From: Rhodospirillales bacterium
GTDB lineage: Bacteria; Pseudomonadota; Alphaproteobacteria; UBA8366; JADFVY01
Assembly: GCA_020356105.1 (NCBI GenBank)
Contig: CP070634.1
Span: 1,721,348 to 1,785,347, forward strand
Direction of reading: 5' to 3'
DNA length: 64,000 bases
Made by a program: the position numbers and the translations under genes
Part shown: positions 18,929-28,687 of the stretch, in pieces
How the letters are laid out: each line of letters opens with the position of its first letter
Numbering within the stretch: the stretch's first letter is position 1
Notes under the pieces: generated by a model
What the model saw: only the letters and a program-made list of their open reading frames with translations
Databases searched by the model: none
What the model was told of the DNA's origin: nothing

Positions 18929-20131
18929 TCACCTCTCCACCAACGCCATTTTTCTGTTGTACCAGTTCATGAAGGCGGAGATCGAAAGGCTCAAACCCAG
19001 ATAGATCGCCATCGTGATACCGATGACCTCGACCGCCTGGCCCGTCTGGTTCAGCACCGTTCCCGCGAATACGGAGACCAGTTCGGGATAGGCGATCGCC
19101 GCGGCCAAAGAGGAGTTTTTGGTCAGATTCAAATACTGGCTCGTTAATGGCGGGATGATGACGCGCAGTGCCTGCGGGATAATCACCAACCGCAGTGTCG
19201 GGCTGTTGCGCAGGCCCAATGAACGCGCGGCCTCGGTCTGGCCGTGGCTGACCGCCAATATGCCCGCCCGCACGATTTCCGCGATGAAGGCCGCTGTATA
19301 GGCCGAAAGGGCCAGCAGCAGTGCCACGAATTCCGGGATCATCACCAGCCCGCCGGTAAAATTGAACCCCCGAAGCGCGGGATATTCGAACGACAATGGC
19401 ACGCCGCCATGAATGAGGATTGCGAGGATCAGCCCCAGCAGCGGCAATCCGAGAATCATGCCGAGCGACGTGAGGAAGACGGGGAACTGTTCGCCGGTGT
19501 CAAACAGGCGTTTGCGAGCCCAACGGCCAAGAAAGACGATGCCGACGATTGCCGCAACAAAACCCAAGACGATTAGGTCAAACCCGTCGCCGAACAGCGG
19601 TTTCGGCGTATAGACGCCGCGGTTGTTGATGAACACGGATTCCCCGAGCGCATAGCTCTGGCGCGGGCCGGGGACCGCACGCAACACCGCGAAATACCAA
19701 AAGAAGATCTGCAGCAGCAGCGGGATATTTCGCAGCGTTTCGATATAGACGGTGGCCATGCGGCTGATGAGCCAGTTCGAGGACAGCCGGGCGATGCCGA
19801 TGACGAAGCCAACGATGGTGGCCAGGACGATGCCGATCGCCGACATCAGGATGGTGTTCAGCAGACCGACCCAGAAGGCGCGGCCATAGGTCGACTCCTC
19901 ACTGTACTCGATCAGCGTCATGATGATGCCGAACCCGGCGGTGGAATCGAGGAACTCGAAACCCGAGGCGATGCCCTGCCGCTCGAGGTTGGCGGTGGTG
20001 TTCTCAAACAGGAACCAGCCGAAGCCGGCAATGAATACGACCAGCAGCAGCTGGAAGAAGACGCTGCGAAAGCGTGGGTCGTTCCAAAACGCGGTACCGC
20101 TGTGTCCAGCGGTATCTCCCCGTGACGCCAT
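18929..20131 (-). CDS. aapQ: Amino acid ABC transporter permease (AapQ-like)
   Basis: AAFIAEIVRAGILAVSHGQTEAARSLGL loop; 400 aa. Confidence 0.85.
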   Translation of the reverse strand: MASRGDTAGHSGTAFWNDPRFRSVFFQLLLVVFIAGFGWFLFENTTANLERQGIASGFEFLDSTAGFGIIMTLIEYSEESTYGRAFWVGLLNTILMSAIGIVLATIVGFVIGIARLSSNWLISRMATVYIETLRNIPLLLQIFFWYFAVLRAVPGPRQSYALGESVFINNRGVYTPKPLFGDGFDLIVLGFVAAIVGIVFLGRWARKRLFDTGEQFPVFLTSLGMILGLPLLGLILAILIHGGVPLSFEYPALRGFNFTGGLVMIPEFVALLLALSAYTAAFIAEIVRAGILAVSHGQTEAARSLGLRNSPTLRLVIIPQALRVIIPPLTSQYLNLTKNSSLAAAIAYPELVSVFAGTVLNQTGQAVEVIGITMAIYLGLSLSISAFMNWYNRKMALVER

Positions 20132-20226
20132 GTTCTCTTCCCTGTTCGATCTTGTCGTTTTGTTTAAGCGAATACGAAAGGCCTGCGTAAGTCAAATCTT
20201 TCCGTCGGGCGGGGTGCGACCCATCC

Positions 20227-20257
20227 AAAAAAAAGCCCCCGGCGGACAGCCGGGGGC
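20227..20257 (-). terminator. Intercistronic stem-loop / terminator between aapJ and aapQ
   Basis: On the minus strand: GCCCCCGGC-tgtcc-GCCGGGGGC followed by TTTTTTTT. Confidence 0.75.
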
Positions 20258-20276
20258 GCGTTCGGTCTTCTTCGGT

Positions 20277-21290
20277 TCACCGGAATGGCGGCGCGTACAG
20301 GATTCCACCATCCTTCCAGAGCGTATTCAGCCCGCGGTCGAGCTGCAGCGGCGTATCGGGCCCAACATTCCTGTTGTAGCTTTCCGCGTAGTTGCCGACC
20401 CTCTTGAGGATGTTGTACGCGAAGTCCTGGCTCAGACCCAGCTGTTCGCCGAAGTTTGCCTCTTGCCCGAGCATCCGCTTCACCTCGGGATTCGAGGAAG
20501 ATTTCATGCCGTCAACATTGGCCGATGTGATGCCGAGTTCCTCGCCAATGATCATGGTGTTCAGCGACCAGCGGACGATGTCGGCCCACTGGCTGTCACC
20601 GTGCCGGACGGCCGGGCCGAGCGGCTCCTTGGAGATGATCTCCGGCAACACCGCATGGGCGTTCGGCTCTTTGAGCTTGGTACGCTGCGCGGCGAGTCCC
20701 GAGCGGTCCGTGGTGTAGACGTCGCAACGGCCGGCGTCGTAAGCCGCGACAACCTCGTCCGCCTTTTCGAAGGCGACCACTTTGTAGTCCATCTTGTTGG
20801 CGCGGAAGTAATCGGCGACGTTCAATTCGGTCGTGGTCCCCGTATTGGTGCACACGGCGGCGCCGGCAAGCTCTTTGGCGCTCTTCACGCCCAGATCCTT
20901 GCGGACCATGAAGCCCTGCCCGTCATAGTAATTGACCCCGACAAACTCGAGACCCAATGAATTGTCTCGGCTGAACGTCCAGGTCGTGTTGCGCGACAGG
21001 ACATCGACTTCGCCGGACTGCAACGCGGTGAAGCGCTCCTTCGCCGAAAGCGGAACATATTTGACCTTGGAGTCGTCGCCGAAGACGGCGGCGCCGACGG
21101 CGCGGCAGACATCGACGTCGATGCCGGTCCAGTTGCCCTTGTCGTCTGGGTTGGAGAAGCCGGGGAGTCCCTGGCTGACGCCGCACAGGACGTGGCCCCG
21201 GGACTTGACCGCATCTAGCGTCTGCGCCTCCGCGGCAAAGCCGACAAATGTCAGCGCCGCAGCTGCGGCGATTGCTTTGTGGAATGTCAT
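20277..21290 (-). CDS. aapJ: General L-amino acid ABC transporter substrate-binding protein
   Basis: Signal peptide MTFHKAIAAAAALTFVGFAAEAQ followed by a family-3 solute-binding fold. The start is set at the second Met. Confidence 0.88.
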   Translation of the reverse strand: MTFHKAIAAAAALTFVGFAAEAQTLDAVKSRGHVLCGVSQGLPGFSNPDDKGNWTGIDVDVCRAVGAAVFGDDSKVKYVPLSAKERFTALQSGEVDVLSRNTTWTFSRDNSLGLEFVGVNYYDGQGFMVRKDLGVKSAKELAGAAVCTNTGTTTELNVADYFRANKMDYKVVAFEKADEVVAAYDAGRCDVYTTDRSGLAAQRTKLKEPNAHAVLPEIISKEPLGPAVRHGDSQWADIVRWSLNTMIIGEELGITSANVDGMKSSSNPEVKRMLGQEANFGEQLGLSQDFAYNILKRVGNYAESYNRNVGPDTPLQLDRGLNTLWKDGGILYAPPFR

Positions 21291-21577
21291 CTGATCTGAT
21301 CCCTGCAAGAGTTGATTCGTTGTTTAATCCGGCTGACGGCCGGAAAGGACAGCGCAACGGCTTGGCCGTCCGTCCTTGCTGCCCATAATAACGAGCCTGT
21401 CGCGGAAGGAAACCCGAAGTTTTGCGTGTGCAGTGAGCGCAGATCGCGCGGCGCGCCGCAAAACGCGGCAACCAGGTGACCTAATCATCGCGTATCGCGG
21501 TCCTTGTGCGGGCCGGCATGGGCCTATCGAGGACGCCCCGCTCACTTCGCCCGAGACGGACAAATCATGTGAGCAGC

Positions 21578-21652
21578 TGGTGGGCGCGGCTGGGATTGAA
21601 CCAGCGACCCCCGCCGTGTGAAGACGGTGCTCTCCCGCTGAGCTACGCGCCC
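21578..21652 (-). tRNA. tRNA-Val (anticodon CAC)
   Basis: The minus strand reads GGGCGCGTAGCTCAGCGGGAGAGCACCGTCTTCACACGGCGGGGGTCGCTGGTTCAATCCCAGCCGCGCCCACCA. It folds as a full cloverleaf with a 7-bp acceptor stem, anticodon loop TTCACAC and an encoded CCA. Confidence 0.93.
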
Positions 21653-21672
21653 GAATCGCCAGCAGTTCCGGT

Positions 21673-21701
21673 CATGTACGACCGGCGGCGCGGCGTGTCA
21701 A
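21673..21701 (-). promoter_or_regulatory. Candidate promoter for tRNA-Val
   Basis: On the minus strand: TTGACA (21701-21696), a 17-nt spacer, then TACATG (21678-21673), about 20 nt upstream of the tRNA 5' end. Confidence 0.4.
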
Positions 21702-21849
21702 GACATGGCAGGCGATGCTCGCAACGTTCTGAAACATAAAGTTACTGGCATATTGCCGACCGAAACCCCTAATGTTTTTAGGTAAATGATGATCGGTGCC
21801 GAGCTTTGCTCGGATTGACACGGTTGGGTTTCGAATGAGGAACGACGAC

Positions 21850-22770
21850 ATGAGAATCCGGCGGCGGCGCAGGGGTGGGACCGCGCTGAGAGCGGATCCG
21901 TCCCGGAGAACGTTTCTGCAGACCATGGGCATGGCTATGGCCATGGTCGGTCTGGTCATTCTGATGGCGGTTTCGGGACCCCGCCCGGCCGCATCGGCCG
22001 AAGGGGTCACGCTGGGATATGAGGGGTATTTCGGCGGTCTTCATCTGCTCACGGCGGAAGTTGACCTGGCGCGCAGCGACTCCGCGTATCGCATGGAAAC
22101 ACGTGCTCAGGGCCGTGGCCTGGTCGGTTGGTTCATCGACTGGAGCAGCAAGGCGGTCACCGAGGGCGAAATCGAGGCCGACGGCGCCTTGACGCCGCGA
22201 TGGCATCAGCGCGAAATCGCGCAGAACGGCCGCAGGCCGAAGGCAATACAGATTGAGTATCGTGATGATGGCGTGCCGATGGTCGCGCGTATGCGGGTCG
22301 GAGACGAAGCGAACTTCCGGGAAGTTTCGGAGCGGCGCGGTACGATGGATCCTATGAGCGCGGTGACCGCCATCGTCGATCAGATGGCGGCGGGAACCGC
22401 ATGTCAGGGCAGTTTCCCCGTGTTTGACGGCAAATTGCGCTACGACGTCACCGCCCGAATGGGCAATCCGGGCGAACTCAAAGGCAACAAGTACATGATG
22501 TACAGGGGGCAGGCCGCGCGCTGCGACCTCGTGCTCAAAGCGATCGACGGCTTCGAGGAGGAGGAATACAGGGGCAGCCCGCGAGAGCGCGGGGCGCCGT
22601 CGGACGACACGATCACGCTGACCATGTGGTTCGCCAGTCCGACGAATGGCTTGCCGACCGTTCCTGTCCTGGCAACCGCGAATACCGATTTCGGGGGATT
22701 GCGTATCTATCTGGCACGCGCGGCAACTGCGGAAATCCCGACCGAGGGTCAGCGCGCGGACGCGCGCTGA
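21850..22770 (+). CDS. Exported conserved hypothetical protein (DUF3108-like, family assigned from memory)
   Basis: GAGG lies 9 nt upstream of the ATG at 21850. The N-terminus has a Tat-like SRRTFLQ motif plus a hydrophobic segment and an ASA cleavage site. Confidence 0.6.
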   Translation: MRIRRRRRGGTALRADPSRRTFLQTMGMAMAMVGLVILMAVSGPRPAASAEGVTLGYEGYFGGLHLLTAEVDLARSDSAYRMETRAQGRGLVGWFIDWSSKAVTEGEIEADGALTPRWHQREIAQNGRRPKAIQIEYRDDGVPMVARMRVGDEANFREVSERRGTMDPMSAVTAIVDQMAAGTACQGSFPVFDGKLRYDVTARMGNPGELKGNKYMMYRGQAARCDLVLKAIDGFEEEEYRGSPRERGAPSDDTITLTMWFASPTNGLPTVPVLATANTDFGGLRIYLARAATAEIPTEGQRADAR

Positions 22771-22786
22771 CCGGCCCCGCCGTCGA

Positions 22787-25700
22787 CTAGCTGGCCGGCC
22801 GGAGCGCGGCTTCTTCCAGCCCCTCGACACAATAGGCGATCCACTGCGCCTTCAGCTTTTCCTGCACTGAGTTCTGGCGGAGGCGGCTATTCAGGCCGTC
22901 CCAGTCGACCGAATCGAGCGGCTGGTCCTGGTTGAAGCACGAGAAGACGTAACTGCGCTCTCCGGTCACCGGGTCGACATGCGGTTGCAGACACTGGGCG
23001 CAGATTTCCTTCATCATGCATTGCATCGGCGAGTTGATCGAGCCGATCGCCAGGTGGTGTACCTTCAGGAACGGCCGCAACACCGTGTGGCGCGCCGCGG
23101 TGACGGCCGCCATCATTCGGTCGGATCCGATCGCGATAATGTGGTCGACATCGGCCATCGCAATGGCCTGGTCACCCAGTTCGCCGGAGGCGTATGCGCG
23201 CATCGCCTCGACGATGTTGGCGACTACCGCCCGATCCTGGGGGCGCGTCGGTCGAAAGCCGGGCGCCTGATCGCAGCACCAGACGATTGTGTCGGCGGCG
23301 CGCTCGATCTCCTCGACCTTGTAGCGGTCGGACATCTCCTTGTAACCGGCGAAATACAACACCCTGCAGCCAGCGGCGCGCATCGCCTGGCCGATCGAAA
23401 ACAATACCGCGTTTCCGAGGCCGCCCCCCGCCAGCAACACGGTCTTGCCGGCCGGTATCTCGGTCGGCGCACCAGTCGGCCCCATCAGCACAACCGGTTC
23501 GCCGCTTTTTAAGAATCGGCACAGGCTGCTCGATCCACCCATTTCCAGCACGATTACCGAGATCAGACCGGCCTTCTTGTCGACCCAGGCGCCGGTTAGC
23601 GCCAGGCCTTCCATGGCGAGGGTCGTGCCGTTCGCCGTCAGAGCGTGCGCTTCATAGTTCTGCAGGCGGTAGAATTGGCCGGGTTGAAACCGGACCGCGG
23701 CCTGCGGAGCGCGCAAAACCACCTCGACGATCGTCGGCGTCAGTCGCTCGACCCGCTCGACCGTCGGGCGCAGGATGCTATTGAGTGCCGCTACGAACTG
23801 CGGACCGTCCTTGTCGCTGGCCGGCGGCGTTGTGGACAGTAGGTTGCTGATCACGGGATAGCCCTGTTTGGCACTTCCCATCGCCTTGACGACATTGCCG
23901 AAATAGCTGGGGTGGAGATCGCCGAAAAAGCTCATGAACCGGCCGTCGGGCGCCTTCGACATCAACACGCGGACGGCGCCGGGCTTGGCCGCGGACCGCT
24001 CGGGCGAGACGGGCGCACCGTCGGTGTCGATTGCCTGGAAATAGCGGCCGTCGAGTTCGAAACGGTCCGGGTTCTCACGTGCCAGGATGGTGTTGGGCTG
24101 CGTGCCAGCGGCCATGAATATGCTGCGTGCCGGCAGTCTCATCTCGGCTGCCGTCCGCGAACCGCCGTGAGCAGCGGCCGGCTGGTGTCGCACCATCAGC
24201 GCGGCTGCGTGACCATAAGCGTCGGTCTCGACCGCAACGGGCACGAGGCATTCGGCAAAGCCGATACCCTCCTCCAGCGCCTTTTCGACCTCTTCGTGGT
24301 TGAGCCTGTAGGACGGACTGTCGACGAGCGGCCGGCGATAGGCGATGGTGACGCCACCCCAGCGGTTGAGCAGTGAGAGGATGTCCGGAGTTCGCCCCTC
24401 GGCCGCCGCCGCATCGCGCTCGGCGCGGATCGCCCGGCCATGGGCGATGAATTCATCGGCGATCTGCAGCTCTTCCTCGTCCCATATGCCGCGGACCGCC
24501 GCGTCTCCCCGCTCGGCGACAAGTGCCTCGTAGCGTGCGAGAAACCGCTCGACCTGTCTTGGGTAATAGGCCAGCGCTTCGGTCGCGGTGTCGATTGCCG
24601 TCAGCCCGCCGCCGATCACGACGGCGGGCAGGCGCAACTGCATGTTGGCCACCGTATCCTTTCGCGCCGCCCCGCTCAGTTGCAGCGCCATGAGGAAATC
24701 GGAGGCCGTGCGCACGCCGCGCGCCAGATTGTTGGGCATATCAATGATGGTCGGCTTGCCCGCGCCCGCCGCGAGCGCTACGTGGTCGAAGCCCATATCC
24801 CAGGCGTCCTGGTGCGTGATCGTGCCGCCAAAGCGAACACCGCCGAACAGGCCGAACTGCGACCGGCGCTCAAGCAGGAGCCGGATCAGCTTCAGGAAGT
24901 TCTTGTCCCAACGGACCGTGATGCCGTATTCGGCGACCCCGCCGAAGCCCGCCATCACGCGATCATCGAGATTCTCGAAGAGTGATTGCGTGTCACGCAC
25001 CGGCTCGAAGACAACGCGCCCGCCAGCGCTGGTCACCCCAGAGAGGCGTTGGGGCAAAGGCTCTATCTTGAGCCCGTCGATGCCGATCACGGTATGGCCG
25101 TCATTCATCAGGTGATGCGCCAGCGTGAATCCGGCCGGTCCCATGCCGACGACCAGGACTTTGCGGCCGCTATCGGCTTTCGGGTACGGACGCCGCAGGT
25201 TCAGCGGGTTCCAGCGGGTCAGCAACGAGTAAATCTCGAAGCCCCATGGCAGCGCCAAGACGTCCTTCAATGTGCGCGTTTCGACCTGCGGGATGTCGAC
25301 CGGATCCTGTTTCTGATAAACGCAGGATTTCATGCAGTCGTTGCAGATCCGGTGCCCGGTGGCCGCAACCATCGGATTGTCGATGACGGTCACCGCAAAG
25401 GCGCCAAGCGGCAAATTGTCCGATTTCAGCTTCTGGAATTCGGAAATCTTTTCTTCCAGGGGGCAACCGGCCAGCGTGATACCAAGCGGGTTCTTACGGA
25501 ACGGCGCCGGGCCAGACTCGCCCGTCTTCAATTTCTCGCGGAGCCCGCGCGCGCAGGAATCGCGCCCCTGCTTGTGACACCAGATGCAGTAATTGGCCTC
25601 GCTCAGAGCTCCCGCGAGGTCGGCCCCCTTGTCGGTAAGGGCAAAGCCGTCACGGTGCCTCAACTTTTCCGGTGCAAGTCGATGACACATAAATCCCGCG

Positions 25701-26311
25701 CTGTCGTCGCTTGCCATGTGAGGGACCAGGTGATCGAAGTCCAATTTCCGCGGTTGCCGGAACAGCACCCCAGTGCCGTGTTTCGCCTCTCCGGCCGCAC
25801 TGAGCGTCGCCCATGCCGCGTATTTCTCGGCGAGCGCCAGCCCGTGCGCATGTGCATCCTCATCCTGCTCCCAAGCCGCGACTGCACGGGCAAAGGAGAG
25901 TTCGGTCAATGGCTCACCGATCAACCGCTCGAGCTCGCGTGCCAGCCTCGCACCGTCGATTGCCTCAGCTTCCTCGGGCGATGACGTCTTGACCGCCCGG
26001 CGCTGCACGAAATTGCGCTTGACCGAGAAGATCGACCCCAGCTCCACATGCCGCTGGACAAGTTCGGCCAGCTTCGCAGCAATACCGAACAAATCGGCCA
26101 GAAACTGCTCAAGATGCGGCGCAACGGCCAGGATCAGCTCCGATTCATCGAGCGGAGCCAGCATGTCCGGGTCCCGGCGCGCCGATGTGAGCCGGCGACA
26201 CAGGTCGGCATCGGCCGTTTCGAGGACGTCAAGGAAGACTCCGTCGAGCCGTACCAGGCCGTCACGGTCGTACAAATCTTTGAACGAAACCCCGTAGTCC
26301 AGTTTCAGCAT
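22787..26311 (-). CDS. Large multidomain FAD/NAD(P)H oxidoreductase: GltD/NfnB-like module fused to a PyrK/NfnA-like module
   Basis: Cys clusters CIWCHKQGRDSC, CPLEEKI and CNDCMKSC. Dinucleotide folds VLVVGMGPAGFT and VVIGGGLTAIDTA. The C-terminal part has LLAGGGLGNAVLFS and CMMKEICAQC; 1174 aa. Confidence 0.85.
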   Translation of the reverse strand: MLKLDYGVSFKDLYDRDGLVRLDGVFLDVLETADADLCRRLTSARRDPDMLAPLDESELILAVAPHLEQFLADLFGIAAKLAELVQRHVELGSIFSVKRNFVQRRAVKTSSPEEAEAIDGARLARELERLIGEPLTELSFARAVAAWEQDEDAHAHGLALAEKYAAWATLSAAGEAKHGTGVLFRQPRKLDFDHLVPHMASDDSAGFMCHRLAPEKLRHRDGFALTDKGADLAGALSEANYCIWCHKQGRDSCARGLREKLKTGESGPAPFRKNPLGITLAGCPLEEKISEFQKLKSDNLPLGAFAVTVIDNPMVAATGHRICNDCMKSCVYQKQDPVDIPQVETRTLKDVLALPWGFEIYSLLTRWNPLNLRRPYPKADSGRKVLVVGMGPAGFTLAHHLMNDGHTVIGIDGLKIEPLPQRLSGVTSAGGRVVFEPVRDTQSLFENLDDRVMAGFGGVAEYGITVRWDKNFLKLIRLLLERRSQFGLFGGVRFGGTITHQDAWDMGFDHVALAAGAGKPTIIDMPNNLARGVRTASDFLMALQLSGAARKDTVANMQLRLPAVVIGGGLTAIDTATEALAYYPRQVERFLARYEALVAERGDAAVRGIWDEEELQIADEFIAHGRAIRAERDAAAAEGRTPDILSLLNRWGGVTIAYRRPLVDSPSYRLNHEEVEKALEEGIGFAECLVPVAVETDAYGHAAALMVRHQPAAAHGGSRTAAEMRLPARSIFMAAGTQPNTILARENPDRFELDGRYFQAIDTDGAPVSPERSAAKPGAVRVLMSKAPDGRFMSFFGDLHPSYFGNVVKAMGSAKQGYPVISNLLSTTPPASDKDGPQFVAALNSILRPTVERVERLTPTIVEVVLRAPQAAVRFQPGQFYRLQNYEAHALTANGTTLAMEGLALTGAWVDKKAGLISVIVLEMGGSSSLCRFLKSGEPVVLMGPTGAPTEIPAGKTVLLAGGGLGNAVLFSIGQAMRAAGCRVLYFAGYKEMSDRYKVEEIERAADTIVWCCDQAPGFRPTRPQDRAVVANIVEAMRAYASGELGDQAIAMADVDHIIAIGSDRMMAAVTAARHTVLRPFLKVHHLAIGSINSPMQCMMKEICAQCLQPHVDPVTGERSYVFSCFNQDQPLDSVDWDGLNSRLRQNSVQEKLKAQWIAYCVEGLEEAALRPAS

Positions 26312-26513
26312 CGCGCAGCTTCGTTCCTCTCGGTCCCCGTCGATCGGTTCAGCCAGGGCTTCGGAGCCACTGGCGACGATCTATATTGTCCCGGCAACGG
26401 TCCACGACCACCCCTCGATCGCAACCGCGCCGCCATATATTCCGCCGGTCGGTCAAGTGGCGAGAGCCCGCGGGTCGCCGCCCGCGGCTCCGCAATCCCG
26501 TCTCGGTCGAAAT

Positions 26514-27179
26514 TCAAGAGAGCTTCGTCAGCGCCTCCGGAATATCCGAGAACCGGTCCACGATAAGATCCGCACCCAGTGTTTCCACCGGTTGTTTGCG
26601 ATAGCCATAGCTCACCGCGATCGAGCGGACCCCGGCATTGATTGCGACCTGAATATCGTTGTGGCTGTCGCCGATCATCACCGCCCGATCGGGTTGCGAC
26701 CCCAACATTTCCAAAAGACCGAGCAAGTGTCCGGCATCGGGTTTGCGCACCGGCAAGGTGTCGCCTCCCGCCACGGTATCAAAAAAACGCGCCATACCGA
26801 GCGCATGGAGGATCGCCAGTGTTGGCGCGTGCGGCTTGTTGGTGCAGACACCCATCCGGTGGCCGGCCTCGGACAAGAGAGCAAGGGTCTCGAGAACGCC
26901 CGGATATGGCGCCGTCCTATCCGCCAGGGCGTCGCCGTAGAGCCCTCGATACGTCTCGATGCACTCGTCGATGTTGTCGGGCAGGCCGCCCGTCGCCTCA
27001 TAGGCGCGCCGCACAAGCGCGGGAACGCCGTCGCCGACCATCGTGACGACCTCGGCAAGCTCGAGCCGCCGGCGTCCTTCGCGGCCGAGAAGGCGATTGA
27101 GGCAAGCGTGCAGGTCCGGCGCGCTGTCGATCAGCGTGCCGTCGAGGTCGAATACGAGATCCAGTGGTCCTGCCATCAT
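26514..27179 (-). CDS. gph: Phosphoglycolate phosphatase (HAD superfamily)
   Basis: HAD motif I FDLDGTLIDS and motif IV GDSHNDI. The start is set at MMAGPLD. Confidence 0.85.
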   Translation of the reverse strand: MMAGPLDLVFDLDGTLIDSAPDLHACLNRLLGREGRRRLELAEVVTMVGDGVPALVRRAYEATGGLPDNIDECIETYRGLYGDALADRTAPYPGVLETLALLSEAGHRMGVCTNKPHAPTLAILHALGMARFFDTVAGGDTLPVRKPDAGHLLGLLEMLGSQPDRAVMIGDSHNDIQVAINAGVRSIAVSYGYRKQPVETLGADLIVDRFSDIPEALTKLS

Positions 27180-27310
27180 GGGACGCGTTTTGCAGGATGC
27201 GGCAATAAACTGCAACTCTCCGATACACAAAGTGACTTGGCGCATCGGGACCCTTGTGGCAGGTTCCGCCGCGAATCGACTTAATTTGCCGAATCGGCCC
27301 GGAATGGTTC

Positions 27311-28681
27311 ATGCCCGCTGATCAGGTTGCCGTCGTCCTGCTTGCCGCCGGAAAAGGGACGCGGATGAAATCCGAAACACCCAAGGTGTTGCACCCCCTG
27401 GCCGGACAACCGATGATCAATCACGCGTTGGCGGCGGCCGCAGACCTCGGGGCGGCGCGAAGCGTCGTTGTCGTCGGTCCGGATATGGAAGACGTGCGGC
27501 GTGCGGTCGCCCCGCATCCGACGGCGATACAGCCGCGCCAGGAGGGTACCGCCGATGCCGTGCGCGCCGCGCGCCCGGCGTTGGCGGATTTTGCGGATGG
27601 TTCGGAAGACGCGACCATCCTGGTGCTTTATGCCGATACGCCCCTTGTTCGCCCGCAAACCCTGTCCCGGATGATCGAGGCGCGCAGGGAAGGCGCGTCG
27701 GTGGTCGTGCTCGGATTTCGACCGCCCGACCCGGCCGAGTACGGGCGCCTCGTTCTCGACGAGTCCGGCAGCCTGGAGGCGATCGTCGAGTTCCGCGACG
27801 CAGACGTGGCGCAACGCGCGATCACGCTCTGCAACTCCGGGGTCATGGCCGTTTCGGCCGCGGCGATCTGGAACCTGGTCGATCGCATCGGCAACAACAA
27901 TGCCAAAGGCGAATATTACCTTACCGATATCGTGGCGTTGGCGAGGGCGGACGGACTCTCCTGCAGCGTTGTCGAAGGGGACGCGACGGAGGTTCTGGGC
28001 ATCAACAGCCGGAGCGATCTGGCGGCGGCCGAGGATGTCTGGCAGCGCGCGCGCCGCGCCGCGGCGATGACGGATGGCGCGACGTTGATCGATCCTGGGA
28101 CCGTGTGGTTCAGTCACGATACCAGGATCGGCCGCGACGTCGTCATCGGTCCATCGGTCTTCTTCGGCCCCGGGGTCACGGTTGCGGATGGCTGCGAGAT
28201 CAGGGCCTTTTGCCACATAGAAGGCGCGGAGATCGGGCCGGGGGCAATCATCGGCCCGTTCGCCCGGCTGCGGCCCGGCACGCGGGTCGAGGCGGAGTCC
28301 CGCGTCGGGAATTTCGTCGAGGTCAAGAACGCCGTGTTGGGCGCGGGGGCGAAAGCCAATCACCTCAGCTATATCGGCGATGCCGAGGTTGGAGCAGGTG
28401 CCAATATCGGTGCGGGGACGATCACCTGCAATTACGATGGTTTCCTGAAGCATCGCACCGAGATCGGGACGGGCGCGTTCATCGGCTCCAATACCGCGCT
28501 GGTGGCTCCGGTGCGCGTCGGCCAAGGGGCGCTTGTCGGGGCCGGCAGCACCATCACCAAGAGCGTGCCGGACGATGCGGTGGCCACGGCCCGCGCCCGG
28601 CAGACAGTCATCGACGGCGCGGCGAAGACTTACCGGGCGCGTAAGGCGGCCGAAAAAGCCACCCGCAAGAAAGAGAGCTGA
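27311..28681 (+). CDS. glmU: Bifunctional UDP-N-acetylglucosamine diphosphorylase / glucosamine-1-phosphate N-acetyltransferase
   Basis: LAAGKGTRM and C-terminal left-handed beta-helix hexapeptide repeats. The start is set at MPADQVAVV. Confidence 0.95.
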   Translation: MPADQVAVVLLAAGKGTRMKSETPKVLHPLAGQPMINHALAAAADLGAARSVVVVGPDMEDVRRAVAPHPTAIQPRQEGTADAVRAARPALADFADGSEDATILVLYADTPLVRPQTLSRMIEARREGASVVVLGFRPPDPAEYGRLVLDESGSLEAIVEFRDADVAQRAITLCNSGVMAVSAAAIWNLVDRIGNNNAKGEYYLTDIVALARADGLSCSVVEGDATEVLGINSRSDLAAAEDVWQRARRAAAMTDGATLIDPGTVWFSHDTRIGRDVVIGPSVFFGPGVTVADGCEIRAFCHIEGAEIGPGAIIGPFARLRPGTRVEAESRVGNFVEVKNAVLGAGAKANHLSYIGDAEVGAGANIGAGTITCNYDGFLKHRTEIGTGAFIGSNTALVAPVRVGQGALVGAGSTITKSVPDDAVATARARQTVIDGAAKTYRARKAAEKATRKKES

Positions 28682-28687
28682 CGTCCC

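Noticed and set aside
21309-21850. The flanks of tRNA-Val, checked for an integrated island (integrase, direct repeat of the tRNA 3' end).
   Set aside because: The neighbouring genes are the aap operon and a DUF3108-like gene. I found no integrase and no duplicated tRNA 3' segment.
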